Source: Tubulanus polymorphus
Taxonomy: Eukaryota > Animalia > Nemertea
Assembly (NCBI RefSeq): GCF_964204645.1
Contig: NC_134028.1
Span: 7,316,001 to 7,380,000, forward strand
Direction: 5' to 3'
Length of the DNA: 64,000 bases
This document shows positions 26,597 through 41,025 of the stretch, piece by piece. The notes beneath the pieces are model-generated. The model did no database searches, had not been told where the DNA came from, and saw nothing but the letters and a program-made list of their open reading frames with translations. Numbering within the stretch: position 1 is the first letter of the stretch; each line of letters begins with the position of its first letter. Position numbers and translations under genes: made by a program.

Positions 26597-27981
26597 CAAT
26601 ACAGTGTACTTCACCATACTCTCGGTGCTTGTCAACTTATGAAAAATCTGGGAAAGTTGAAGAATTCTAAGATCTAGAATTTTCAAGAGTTCTAAAAAAT
26701 ATCCAGGCCGAAATATTCACGGTCTTCATTATACAGTAGACTCCGCCCAAATCGGATCCAATCAACTCAGATGTTTGTTTAAATATTTTTCGTAACATTC
26801 TTAACATCCAATTCAGATATTACTCAAGTTGGACACATTTTTACGGTTCCGTATATGAACTTGATTGACTTGAAAGACTTTCAATTGTAGTTTCATTTAC
26901 ATCGATAATCTATCCACAAAATAAATAAACAACTACTATATTCAAATATGATAGAAAAATAGTGAAACTTCATATATCGCATATTTACCATCAGTCATGT
27001 GAAAGCTACCCATAAAATAGTCATAGTAGTAGTAATATACATTTCTTTACAGTAAAAAAAAACACAATGTCAGGGAATAGCGTAGCATTTGTGGGGGACC
27101 TACACATCATAATCATTGAAGATGTCTCAAGGGCCAGGTATCCATTTGAAATTGATGTTGAATTCTGAAACGATAGCCTAGGGCCAATTTTATAAGCCGC
27201 GATCACACGAGCATTTTTGGCCTGTGCAACGCAAAATTATTCCCAGAATAACTGTTAACATGGGTGCCCAATGGGCCTGTGTCGGTTTTTAGCACAGGTC
27301 AAAATATTGCATGTGAATCGAAACTGGTTCCTGAAGTGACTCACGCCGCTTTGTTAAAGCATTGTATTCAGTGTTATACGTATGAATTAATTAGGCACTG
27401 GCCAAAATTTTACTCGGGCCTGATCCGTGCCAATTTGGCCCCGGCCAAATCATCTCCGTGTGATCGTGGCTCTAGACTAAACCGGAGGACTTACTGAATT
27501 GAAACTGATAAAGAGTTAACCTCTGTCGAAGACACGTAGTATCAGTCTAACTAGCCCCTGGTACATCATATTTCGAAAAAGATACTCCCTTCAACCGCTG
27601 CGATGTACTAAGCAAATCTAAAAATAAACTTACTACCTCGCACTAACTAAAATGCCCCGGCACAACGGTATGTTATTACTTATAAACATAGGTGGATGTT
27701 GAAGCGCACAACATGAAAAGTTCTCTTTCCAAACTGTTCGCAAGTGATTGTATTACGTGTATCACGAATAGCTTCGCTTTTTCTAATTTGCCCGGTAAGT
27801 GATGCGTTTTTAGATTATTATCGCCATACTGCCTCGGTAAAACAAATCTATACATTGACTAGTTAACGTTCACGTCTTTTTATAAAGTTCACTCTCAGCG
27901 AGATACGAATAAAGCGACCACAATTTAGGTTATATATTCAGCAGGCTTTCAACATTTCCCTAGTAAGGCGGCGGTTCGTTC

Positions 27982-30900
27982 TCAAGACGGGTTATCCACG
28001 TGACCTTCGTTCATTATCGGAAGTACCAGATCGTCCATATTCGGCAAGACAAACACTTTCTGCAAATATTCATAAAAAGACAAAAATGTTTAATCGAATC
28101 ACAATCAAACACAGTTGGCGCCCTGGACCCAGTTCTACAGTTATGAGTTAAGAGTTAACTGTGGAACCGGGTCCAGAGAACAATGTCCTAAGGCGATAAA
28201 TCTAAACGAAGGATATTGCGATGAAAGTGATTTGAATGAATGTATCAGGGGAAAGTTTTATAGACTGGCACTACCTCTAAACCAGGGTGAACTCTTAATT
28301 CAATTTCAATTGATTTAGCTACTGGGTTAAAGTTAATACCAGTCCGTAAAACTGGCCGCCGATTGATGGCATAAACAGAATTGCTTCATCCCCAGGGAAG
28401 TGTTTTGCGCATATCTGAGCTCCTTAGGAGTAATTCTAAAATACAGTTTCCATCTGACTATTAGTGTGTCATAAATGGTGAGTAGAGAGTACAACGCGGA
28501 AATTGCTATTTCATATTTCGCGAATTCTCACCTGAAATTCCAGTGCTAATTTCTTTTCGATCCATTCGGTGATATGAGTAACAGTCACGGCTCTTTCCCC
28601 GACCTTCGGTTTCGCCGATATCCACAATCGCGGATTAGTTCGAAATCCATACCTGTCGACATAGTACGTAAATCATAATCGATGGCCTACACGGTTAAAA
28701 CTAGTCTCTGCTGGTCTTAGTTTCAGAAGGATTTTCCTATGTAGTCATTACACACGCAATCAAGTAACAAGTTTAACTTTTTTCCTTCAACATTTCATCG
28801 AGAATATGTAAGAAAATGTTCAAATTATCAGTCATCAAAATTATGACCCTCAGTTACATCTTTCATGCTGTACGCATCAAACAAATCAAGTCAGTATTTT
28901 TCGGGACAAAATAGCAACAAAATACTGAAAATCAAGAACGGTTTGTAGCTCTGAGCAACTACCATATACGATGACTAAGTCAAAACTTAGTTCGCGAAAA
29001 CTGGAATTTTTTTTGTAATTCATACTTACCACAGTCTATCGGTAGGTGGTGGAGGTATGTTGACGGTTAGTACCCCGACCAAACTATGAACCTCGACGCT
29101 CAGTATTATAGGCGTGTTCGAAACTTCCTCCATCGCTTTTTTGATGTATTTGATCTCCGTCGCTTGTTGGAAGTATTTCGACTGCGTTATCTTGTCGACG
29201 ATGCGCAGAAGTTTTTTCTGCGTACTGTTCGCCGGCTGAGCATTCGCCGCTTGCCTGAAAGAGTTGAAACGCCTTAAAACCCTTTCGGTGCTGACTAATA
29301 AATACCAGAAAGTGCTTGAGATTAATTTGAAAATTTTCAAAAATTCCACCCCAGTGCGTTGAATAACGGGCATACCACCTAGTGCGTCTACACCGTGGTG
29401 CAGTGTATTGTTATTCATTTATATTTCACTATGTTTGACAGGTGCTGCCGTCTTTCAATAGAGATAAATCTAACTACTAATAACACTAATAACAAAGTCT
29501 ATCACTGATTTATACACCACAGTGCGGTGTATTCGCACTGAAAGGATTAAATATTTCAGTTATGTTATACGTACTCGTCGGCTGCAGTTGGTATCGTGTT
29601 TTCCTCCGTATCACTGTCCGAAGATGACTCAACGCTGTCTTCCTCGTCTGAATGCGTGATCGCCGACCTGTAGATTGGAAAAATAGCATTCACATCTAGA
29701 CGGTATTTTCACGTGCTAAGAAAGTGAGGTATTTTCAGAGGGCCCAGTTTCACAAAAGGATTAACTCTTAAAATCAATTTATCATCTTCATTACTTCAGT
29801 TAACGTTAGGTATATCATTTTTCATAAAATTGGCCCAGGCCATCGGGAAGGATTTGACAGATCTGCATATTACGACGAATGAACTATATTCATATTTAGA
29901 CCACTAACGAAAACAGCTGAGAACTCATTTCCTACTTTTAGCTGAATATTCAGACCCGAACTTAGGGGCCCAGGGACACAATGCCCACTTGGGAAGTGGT
30001 TTCAAATGCTCGACAATCTAACAATTTCAATATTCAACGCGTCTTCATAATTTCCCTCAAAAAGTTCAAAAACGTGTAAAAAGTGCTGATTTTGGCGAAC
30101 AACAATGGCTGCCAGTCTGCCATCTTGATTCTGACAGGGCCAGTTTTTGGGCTGAAGATGTGTCTAGGGTAGATACATGTAACCAAATATCAAGACATTA
30201 CCTTTGAAGTGTCCTCAAAACTTCCCAAAATAACTGGATTCCGTCTACGGACAAACGATGAACGAAAAGTGAACGCAATAGCCCGCTGGGACTAAAGCCC
30301 CAAGTGGCCTTAAAAACCACGAAAGGCTTCCAATACCTGTTGGTCTGTCGAACGTTTTTTTCACGATGTTGTTGGCTCTTCTTGAATTTCATCAGGTTCA
30401 CCTTCGTTTCCAAGGTCATGCGGAATCCGCCGTTGTATGCGATGTCGGCGTCGAACCACATGCCCCTCTCATCCAGATACGGTTTACTGGCGCGACGCAC
30501 AACCGGCATCTCCGTTCCTAATTCGATTTCCGTAATCGTCAACTCGTCGATAAAATATGGCACCTGAAATGAATAGCGTAGACACGTGAACCGGAACCAA
30601 ACTATAACAGACTACTCCCTATTCTCGACTGTTCAAGCCAGTAAACTGCTCGCCTGCACCAGCAAGACTCTAGGACAATTGGTCCCTGGACAACTGCAAG
30701 ACAAATGCCAGTTGCTCAAAAGTTGGGTAAAGATAACCGGCAGATACCATAGTAACAATGAACTTTAAATTAACAATATGTCTACTATCCACTGGTTAAA
30801 TCTAACTGACTTTTGAGCAACTGGACCCACCAGCAGATGGCTGGGAGGTCATCAAAATTGAGTAGATTAGATCAGTATCCCTGTATTCTTAAGTATTTTC

Positions 30901-33900
30901 CCTTTCCCCATTATTACACAAGCCACTAAATGTCAAATCAGATTTTTCTACCTAGGCCAACTTCGGTTATCAGAGTTAGTCGACTATAGTCGAACTTAAC
31001 GAAACCAAATGTCAATTAGTCCGAACTAGGCCTATGGCCCGCAAATGGTTGCTGTAGTTGTGACATCCTTCCAAGATGGCCAACACCGTGAAATACGTTA
31101 CGACTGAACTATAGTACGTTGGGTTATTAGTTCTGACCACTAGTCGACTAGCTGTGAAAAACGAAGTTCGCCCTGGCTTGTGGTAAATTTCTAATTGAAT
31201 CATGAAGCTTCTCCAGCAACTTACCCGAATTTTGCTGAGTTTCTTCTGAATTTTCTCCGACACCTTGTCGGCGTAGTATTTGTCGCGTATGAAATCGTAG
31301 AACGTTCGCGTCAACAGCGCGTTGAACCAGAACATCTGCGGATCACAAGTGATCTGCCCGACGATCGATGCCGAGCCGCCGCCGCGCTGCATGTCCTTGA
31401 TCATCAACGAATACGACCGCGACCTCGACGTCGTTGACGCGTCCGCGGGAATAACCTTCGCCATCGATCGCGCGTATTCCTGCTGCAATACGGTCTGCTC
31501 GTCTTGCGTCGTCGTCGTTGCTGTCGTCGCGTCTTTCGCGCCCGGATCCGAGCACATCGACGAGATCGAATCGGTCGAGTTTTGTCGACAGCGTTTGAAA
31601 TCGGCCGAAACGCTGCGCGTGAGAATATCGGCGAGACGCGTGTTCAGGTGAACGCCCGCGGCCGCTGCCGAGAAGCGACGATACCACTCCTCCTTCTCGC
31701 GGTTCGTACGCGCGAATAAATACAACAGCACTTCGTCGCACGCTTCTTTGGAAACGAACTCGAAACCTTTCTCGAAATCGGCGTCGTCCAGTGAGCTATG
31801 CGTCGACAGCGGCGGTGATTTCGTCATCGTCGCCCCCGCGTTTACGGCGTTTACACCCGATTGCGTTTGTTTGTTGATTATCAAGCAGATCGGATATTTC
31901 TTGCTCCACAGACGCTTTTTGACGAGGTCGCCGGGCACGAGGCGCACCGTGCAACCTTTCAGGTCGTAGTAACGCTGGTGGATGAATTTCGGGCTGTGTG
32001 TCGTCTCGTCCCACATGGCGCGTTTCGGCACGTTGTGTCGCGGCCGTTGGAGGCGCAACGTCGCGTTCTCCAATGTCAGAAATACCGAGTTCGTCTGATT
32101 GATGTGGTAATCGTCCGGGTCGTAGTGAGGCAATTCGTTCATCCAACCCTACAACGAAATTACATCCGTTATATCTTGGTGAGCAGATTACATTTTGCAA
32201 AACACAAGTTCATGCCAGGGATCCAACAAATTTCATTCTTGGAAATTGCTCTTCAGGCCTATTATAATTGATCAATTGATTATACTGTAGTTCATAGTGC
32301 AGATTTTGTCACATAGCTTCTAAATGAATGACCCTAACCATAATAACCCGTTATTGGGCAATGAACAAAATACTTGGTCCAGTTCCACAGTTGTGAGATA
32401 GAGTTGAAATTATTTCATTTTCGATGAGTTAACTCCGAGTCAGATTTTAACTCGCAACTGAGTAACTTGATCCTGAGTGATTTTGTCATCTAGAGAGCCT
32501 TGAAGTGACATGAAAAGTTTGCAGAAATTGAATTGTCAGTGAAGGACAAGTGGCCTACGTAGGCCCTTTTCAGGAATAACATAGGCCAACTCCCAAATGA
32601 TTATGTCCGAGACGACAAAGAAGTAGTCGTGTTGCCAATATTTCCATCTTTTTTAGGTTTTATTTATCTACGTACATCTACTTTATAAATGATGAAGTTG
32701 GCCAATAAACTACATATGTATTATCAGAGATTGTAATCCGAGCTCTAGGGAAATTTTCAAATCTATTCTAGCTGCTTGCCATGTGGGTAGTGCTATGTGG
32801 GTGTTGTCTGTCCATTAACAACAGGGGGAAGTAATGAAAAATTTTTGTGGCATAAATACTATTTGTCATACTTGCTAATGCATTATTATTCACAGCCCGC
32901 ATGCTTTTCTATTATTTTGTTGCATCAAATGAACTATTTCATGTACGGTCCTAAATTCTTAACTCTATACAGGGATTGGAGAAGTACATCTTGTCACGTT
33001 ACTTTGGGGCCCTCTTCACTAAAGCCGAGATTTGAAAGGTTTTGCCACCTCCTGAAACGTTGCGTCTCATTTCAGTTTTCTACATGTAGTTCTGTCCAAG
33101 TGGTCATACACATGTCATGTAACAAGTGTTAATCAGGTTTCTGTATTACAAAACAACAGAATTGCATTAGGCCTATAAGCGGGTATGATACAGGTATTGC
33201 TTGTTATAGAGCAAATGTTTTGAAATTTTTTGAAGGATATTAAATAAACTGACATATTTCCTTGTATTCACACCTTTGATTTCGTTATCTAGACGGTTTT
33301 GTAGAGAGATATTGTACATTCGTTCAATCTCACTGTCGTCGATTAACAACATTGTCTAGTTTCCATGGTGACAATGTAAATAATTTGCCAGACTATTCAT
33401 TTGGATCCCAACTTTGCAAGGGAATGAACTTTTCTATGAGGTACATGATAAGTCAGGAAAAGGTTAATTGCTATTAATTTTTTTAGTGCAAGTTACCGTT
33501 TTCAATTAACAACAACGTCTAGTTTCCACGGTGATTATGTAAATAAATTTTTCGGATTCGATTCAGTCGGGTCCTAACTTCATCATTTGCAAGGGCTTGA
33601 GGTAAACCAAGGGTTCTCTGAGGTATATCACATGTCAGGAATGGAAGGGTTGATTGCTTTTAATTTCTTTAACAACATCAGGGGCCAGTTGCTCAAAAGT
33701 TGGTTAAATATAACCGGTCGTTAAATACCATAGTAACAATGAAATTTCAATTGTCACTACGTCAACTATCCACTGGTTAACTCTAACCGACTTTTGAGCA
33801 ATCGGCCCCAGCACGATAACATACACACAACAACGAATGCGGCCCCTTGAAATTCAAGCATACGGAGGACACTGGAATGGGTTAAATCGAAAATTCGAAT

Positions 33901-35560
33901 ATTCGGTTATACGTACCCTGAAATTAGCGTCGGAATTGCGATTCTCCTTTATTTCCGGCACGACCAGCGCCGGCAGCTCGTTCAGCGGCGGTACGAACTT
34001 TTCGAACGGCTCCTTCGGCGTCGGCTCTTTCATTAGCCACAGGTAGAACGCGATTGAGGTTGCCGCGACGACCGCGCCGACGATCATGCCGGCGACGTAC
34101 GGCGGCCATGGCACGATCAAATACAAAAACAACAACGCCGAACTGACGACGACGCGACTCAACGGGAAACGCGGCAAATCGGTTACGAACTTCTGTTTCA
34201 ACGTCGCGAACGCGAATTGATCGCTTTGATCAGTAGTAGATGTAGTAATCACAGACGGCTCAATTTTACGGTCATTTTCACTCGAAATTTTATTCTTATC
34301 GTCTTCCTTTCTAACGTAAATATCAGACCGCGATGATTTCTGCCCGGGCAGCAACGGCGGCGGCCGAACGGGCGATATTTTTCTTTCTTCGGCAGATTTT
34401 CGATAACTAGTTGTCGTATCATTATCTCTAGTTGCAGTGGTAGCTTCGCATGATTGATCGCGCGAATCGCTTGATTGATCTGATCGGTCCGGCGCGTCGA
34501 TAGCCGGAGCGTCGTCTTCCTCCGGCGTAGCGCAAGACAACAGACTAGACATTGTCATGGCAACCGTCGTCGGTCGGCCGGCGTCTTGAATCGCGCCGGA
34601 ATCGGCTCGATCCGGTGGTCGAACGGCCGATTGAGACGACGAATCTCGTTCGGTATTATTCGATAACGTCATATTTCCCGCGTCGTCGTTTTCCAGCGTG
34701 TGTGAATCGCGCCACAACTCCGCGTTGCTACCGGTCGAGTTTCCAAGAAAGTCCTCCAACGGCTCCGAACTGAAAATATCGTCGAAACTTTTATCGTGAT
34801 CGGAATCGGATTTCGTTTTCGTCTTCGGCGACGGTTGATGAGGTCGCGGCGGAGGCGGTTTTTTCTTCGGTTTTTCAGCAGCCGTCGCGCCGCTACTTTC
34901 GAACGAAAGCAAATTCTCGATTTCGGTTTTCAAATCGAGCAGCGGTTTTTCGACCGTCGTTGTCGCCGCCGCGGTCGCCACAACTCGAGGCTTCGACTCC
35001 ACCTCATCGGCCGCGACCGCGTCCTTAACTCGCGACGGCGATTCGTTCGAATCGGTAGCATCGGCCGCGATTCGAGACGCTGAACCCACGTTCAAACCGC
35101 TGTCGCTTAATTTGCGCGGTCGAAAATTCTGAACGACTTTGCTGTTGACCTCGCTTTGTCGACGCGGTGACGTCGGCTGAGAATTCGGCGACTGAAGCGG
35201 CGAGAGGCTGTTGATCTTCTCCGAAATCACGTTCAACGGATCGGCGATTTTTTCCTTGATCTCGTCGAGTAAGTTGCTGAATTTTCCCGAATTTTGTTCG
35301 CCGTTGTTCTTCTCGCCGCCGGCGACCGGAATCGAGCTCGGGCGTTTCTGCGATTCAGCGGCGGCCTTTACAGACGACGTGGTCACCGGGGCTGGAATCG
35401 TCGCCGCGCGTTTGCGCTCGAATTTCAACGAATCAGAAATCGAAAACAGATCCTCGTCTTCGCCGTCGGAATCGTGCAAACTCGGGTTGAAACGAATCGA
35501 GAAATTCGGCACGTCCTTCGTCGATCGACTCGGTAAGAATTTGTCCTTTCGCGAAGCCAT
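27982..35560 (-). CDS. TEX2: Testis-expressed protein 2 (PH + SMP/TULIP lipid-transfer protein, ~1103 aa); coding exons 33917-35560, 31225-32148, 30337-30563, 29575-29667, 29030-29254, 28532-28652, 27982-28059
   Basis: Disordered N-terminus and a TM hairpin (LLFLYLIVPWPPYVAGMIVGAVV). Motifs GWMNE, RLWSKKYPIC, LYLFARTNREKEEWY, KIQKKLSKI/VPYFIDELTITEI, VNIPPPPTDRLW/YGFR and KVFVLPNMDDL. 3312 nt in frame. A likely 5' UTR exon ends at the donor ~39862. Confidence 0.95.
33682..33808. mobile_element. PIF/Harbinger-like MITE with CAG TSD (second copy ~30706-30827)
   Basis: TIR gggccagttgctcaaaagttggtta / taaccgacttttgagcaatcggccc, with cag on both flanks. Confidence 0.75.
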
Positions 35561-36584
35561 TTTCTCTTCGGCGCGCGTCGTTAGAAGTCCGATCGGCGAG
35601 TATTTTGTGACGAACGTTGAGAATTCATTTCACGCGATAGAAAAACCTGTAAAACAAAAAAAAACGGAGCTTAATTGAGATGACTCTTAATTTCAAAAAT
35701 AGCATTTCTGCTTTAAAGCCGGACTCGGGTCGCACTAAAATCCGATCATCTGAGTCTTAAGAACACTCATGTCACATCGAGAGGTCTAGTCACTGATTCG
35801 TTCATCGGGTCTTATGTACACTCAGGTTACCTGAGATCCACGATCATTGTGAACAGAACGCTTAAGGGTCAAATGCCCTCTAATTCCTACTTTTTGAAAT
35901 TTACCTTCAAAATGATACTTTAGTACATAGATGATGACCTGGGATCAGCCTTATAGAAAAAAATCACTTATTTGTGATATGTTTGTAAATTCGCTATCGC
36001 TACGACCTTACACTTTACTACATTTCGTTTTGACCATAGGGTGACCACAAATCCTTAAAACTTTCGAATTCCCCCCCCCCCAATAAAAACAGAACTTTCC
36101 CTGTGTTCTGATGAATGGCAGTATTAATACAGACCAGAGAGTTCCTATCTTGACAGACTCAAGTAGTAAACTAGCCCAGTAAACATTCCGCTAATACATT
36201 ATATGAGAATTTTAAAATATACCATACCGGTCTGAATGAACTTTGTTAATTGGTAAAGTTTTGATCACAGGCATGATAACCATCAAAAACACAATTCATG
36301 GGGGAAATGTATATAGCCAAAATAAACTGTTTGATATTTTTGCAAAAAGTAAACACTTGCTAAATTTTTCGAAAGTAATCTTAAGCACGGAGACTCGCTA
36401 TGAACCCTGACATAGTATATGTACGCATTGACTATCATCTTCAACAATGACCCCTGTAGACAAATAACAACGAGAACAAGATTTCAACAGTGATCACCAC
36501 CAAAAACCTTCCTCAATCCGCAATCATCTAAGGCTTTATAGCCAGACCCGATCATAGGCCCGTAATCATAACATACTGGAACTG

Positions 36585-36693
36585 AACCCAGTTCCACAGT
36601 TGTGAGTTACAGTTAACTCCGAGTTAAAGTTAGTTCATTTTCGATGAGTTAACTCGAAGTTAAATCTTAACTCGGAATTGTGGAACTGGACTC
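36585..36693. mobile_element. MITE with CCCAGTTCCACAGTT termini (copies ~15207-15332, 28126-28172, 32376-32473)
   Basis: Palindromic cagttccaca...tgtggaactg ends with repeated gagttaactc motifs; CWG flanks. Confidence 0.65.
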
Positions 36694-37528
36694 CAGAATT
36701 TCTACTACAAAAAAAAATATCACCGATTCAACGCAGCCTGCTGAAAATATTCTATGAGAGATTATTCGTTCGCCTAATGAATATTTGGTTTCCGAATCTC
36801 AATTGAACAAAAACAAGGCAAATTTATGATATTTGAAATGAAATTATTCCAATCTGCTGCAATAATTTGACTGTACACACAGTTATTGAGTAGACACGCG
36901 GGATTTCAATACACACCGCATCTGAAATTGGAATGTGACAGTGAAATACGTAATCTAAATTTCAACAGTCACGATTAGATTTGCCAATTATGCATTCTAT
37001 TCCACTCCGACATGATCAAGTCAGTGAAGTAGGAAATTCGATCACACAGAGATGATTTGGCCCGGGCACGATCAGGCAAGAGTCAAATTTGGCCCGTGCT
37101 CATTAAGAGAGCGCATTCACACGGTAAACTACTCACTCGATACTGAACAATGCTTAAACAAAGCGAAGCATGTACCACGACTTCTGAAACATGATGCAAA
37201 ATATAAAATTCCCACTTTCCATGAATTTCCAAAACCTGTATAAGGACCCGGTTCAAAACGCCTCACATATTTACCTGCGATATACCTATCCATCATATGA
37301 AACCTCCATCCAGTAGAAATTACTACCACTGTAATCATTAGTTACGTAATCTGCAGGATGGTAATGTTTTATTAATGTCTCATATGATTATCATAGGTTT
37401 TCCAAATATCAGTCAGCTGTTGTCATCAGCGCAACCAGCACTATAGCCGGCTTAGCTTTATGCCACTAGACTGTCAGCTGACGAGCCCTATATGTGGAAC
37501 GTGGTCAAATATCGGTTGATGGATTGGT

Positions 37529-37689
<161 letters not shown>

Positions 37690-38488
37690 GAGAAACAGGG
37701 TATTATTTTATTCATCAACCTAAGGCATAGGCCTATAGGGCCTACGTCTTGACAAAGGTTCCATTTTTTTTCATACTCGTCTGATGCACGTAAGAACCGA
37801 ATTGCCATTTCACGAGGTTTCTATTTCAGTGACTCACTGATAAACAGAATATTTATGAATCTAAATTTAAAATCGTACGATATTCTTATTTGCAGATAGA
37901 ACGGTGACCTCAAACTTTCTGAATACGTCAGTTCGCTGATCTGCACATACACACAGTGACATGACGCAGATTGATAATCTGTGACGAAAACAAAGATACA
38001 AATTGAAATCTCTTAGACCATATATAGATTCGAGTGTTACGCATGAACAGCATGGCTACTTTTATTTGACTTGCTTTCCCCTGATTTTCACCGACTTTTC
38101 CTTAACATGCACATTGTTTTCCCTGACTCCATGATCTGTTCAATTAACAGGGTCTACAGTGACTGTTTGATGATTCTACGCGCGATCATAGCATCTCAAT
38201 CAAACTGCCCCGACTATTCCCTGAAGCTTTTTTTACAAAATTCCCTGACACTAGTTCCCGGATTTTTTTAGAGAAAAGCAAATTCCCCTGACTTTTCCCT
38301 GATTTCCAGGTAAGTGCAACCTGATAAAGGACAATCTGTAAAAGCGATGGCAAATTTGTAGACAAGCTCTATCGATCTATGGTCTAGCATGCTTGCTACG
38401 TACGGGACCCGGGTTTGAAACGCGGTGAGTGCCTCCTAATCGTTACACGACAAACTTCGATCAAGCTCGACTATGGAACCAGCCCCAG

Positions 38489-38607
38489 GGGCCAGTTGCA
38501 CAGTCCTGACTTAAGTCCAAAAGTGGTCTTAAATTGTTAGATTGGCTATAGAACAAAGTTGGTCTTAGACTGGTCTTAAGTCTAAGCCATAACTATGCAA
38601 CCGGCCC
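38489..38607. mobile_element. PIF/Harbinger-like MITE (GGGCCAGTTGCA termini)
   Basis: gggccagttgcacagt ... actatgcaaccggccc; same family as 12719-12891. Confidence 0.65.
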
Positions 38608-40004
38608 CCGGAGTTTACTAGACAACATTTCGTTCAATAATGAGGGCGATAGATAAATTGCACTATTCTAAACAAGGCGTGTACCCGGGTATTCAAATAT
38701 TGCACGAAGACCACTACAAAACATGAAGTCAACGTCGTTAGAAGTTATAACCAAGCTGAGAAACGGAAGGGTACTAACACAATTCGTTTTCAGCTTATCT
38801 GCGAATACGCTTAGAACAATGACCACTCGCCTTTAATTTTTAATTCGACTTTAATTCGACTAATATTCAGCTCAAACAAAATCATATTTGAATTTACTTT
38901 TCTCCCTTTTTTACCATGGCTGTGCGTTTCCGAATTACCAACTAAAAATCAGCACTAAAACCTGGCGTATGTCCAAAATTTATTCCAGTCCTTTCATCAT
39001 TATTCATGAATAATTACATTGTACTATAGGCCTACTGCGCAGGTATTTATCACTCAAAGGGGTACTTGACACAATTGAAAAATTTAGATCTTTTTAATAT
39101 TGAATTCAATAGCACATGCACGGTACTCTGTAAATAGGACACTCATTGTGTAATATATATGTTGTATCTTCACTGCATAGAATTGCAAAATACCAAAAAT
39201 GGTACCAAATTCAATGTATAGTTTTATGTATTTTAGATGATTGGACCATAAAAAACCATAAAAATTTCAGGAGGGTAAAGTAGCCAATAAATGCATTAAC
39301 TGGGAAGGCAAGATTATTAGCAAATCATGGTCTCTAAAGACTGTTTAACCTTCTCAGTGTGTTTTCACCGCAGTATTTTATTGCAGTTTACGCAATGATT
39401 AGGAGAAACAATGTATCATTTTTTCAAGCCTCAAAATAAATCACTTTCGCTTTCAAATTTTGTGAATTCCTCTTGGATCCTTGGGTGAACATTGTCGAGG
39501 ATATGCTGCGACAGCTGCGGCTAAGAGGTGAAAATCTGACCGATTTTATCTTAGTGCAAGAAAGAGAAGTGCCATACAGTCAAACACTCCTCTCCCTCAT
39601 CGACATAAGATTAAGGAGGATTAAAATATTGTACCAGTAGCTGATGGAAATTACATTCTTAATCTTTGCCTGAAAGGATTTTTTTCAACGATCTGCAATT
39701 TGTTCGTAGAAAGTCAACAAAAATGAGAAACTGCTGGATGGAGACTTCGTGATTCAGTGACGACGACGAGACAAACTGTGCATGATTGATCTAATCATTC
39801 ACAAATCGAAGGCAAGCTGATTTCTTCTTCTTCCGTATAGCCTACTGCATCAATTCACTTACTTGTACGCGCATCCCGTCCAGAAAAATCAGGCTCGAAT
39901 TTCGGTCACGACTACCGGGATAGATTTCGACCAGAAGAACCAATCTTTCTGCTTTCGTTATAAAATCCGCACGATAATAGGTTCCAAAAACATGATAAAT
40001 CATA

Positions 40005-40100
40005 AAATCACCACTTCCGGGTTGGGCTATGATGATGTAGGCTTAGGTGAATGGGAAATAACCTAGACCTTTTAAAGGCGTTTAGGTTCGAATCCCATGC
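40005..40100 (-). promoter_or_regulatory. Probable TEX2 promoter
   Basis: ETS-type CCGGAAGT (cacttccgg, ~40012-40020) lies ~150 bp upstream of a GTAAGT donor (39862). A B-box GGTTCGAATCC is at 40085-40095. Confidence 0.45.
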
Positions 40101-40684
40101 ATCGGACTTATTTAATGCCCATTTATTACTGGTCCAAACTAAAATAAATGTATCAGTCCTCGTTGAACGAATAAAAAACGATTGTTACTTTAGATATAAT
40201 TTATAACTTTATTTCATTATGCCCCTCAACTGATACATCAAAATTTTTCATTTACTTCAAGATTAACTCTTTCTTAAGCTTTCACCCGTTAGTTTTTCTC
40301 TCAACGATACACACATACATACATAGTATAACCAAATTGTGAAATTGTTAATTTATCAAGAACAGATATAAATATCAGGTAATAGAGTTCTGCCCCTCTA
40401 GAATTCCATTTTAGAAGTTGGTAGTTCATAAGTCTTCACTTTTTCCGGAAACCACAATATCCCCCATGTACATGTACTTAAAAGAGGTCTGATATAGATT
40501 TCTTTTTTCTGTTTGTTTGTTGCTGTTGTTGCAACGACCATAAATAAATAAGATATACAACTTAATATTTACACATCAACTTAAGAGAATAAAATATATA
40601 TTTGCTTTTCATAAATAACTAAATAGGCCTATCGGTGTGTTTTACAGCAATCGAGACAACAGAATATGTATATATGGGTCACCA

Positions 40685-41025
40685 CATCCTCCCTCGGCAG
40701 GGATTCGAATCCGATGGCATCGCTAGACTTGGCGGCCACGGCACGAAAACCCTGCCGCACTAGACCGGGTCTCAGGTACATGCACAGGTTTGCCACACAA
40801 AAACTTGCGGTACAAACCAGATTGCCCGTTGTATGATCGCCGAGGCAAATTTTACGGAAAAACTTTAAACGGAAAAACCTGCGCTAAAATAAAACAGGAT
40901 TTCTGATTGGTTTATAATGACATGATCAAAGCTGCGCATATAGCTGTGCACTCGGGTTAGTGCGGCAGGGTTTCGTACCATGGCGGGTCTCAATGCCATC
41001 AGGTTCGAATCTCCGGAGGATGAGG
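40685..41025. mobile_element. Inverted pair of tRNA-like (B-box) SINE heads, or a single palindromic element
   Basis: 40685-40770 (gggattcgaatccgatggcat...aaaccctgccgcacta) is the reverse complement of 40950-41025 (tagtgcggcagggttt...atgccatcaggttcgaatc). A partial third copy is at ~45710-45775. Confidence 0.6.

Noticed and set aside
33342-33670. Degenerate ~165-bp tandem duplication in a TEX2 intron
   Set aside because: An old local duplication with no coding or structural signal.
31195-35678. Many overlapping + strand and alternative-frame ORFs
   Set aside because: Shadow ORFs of the GC-rich TEX2 exons.
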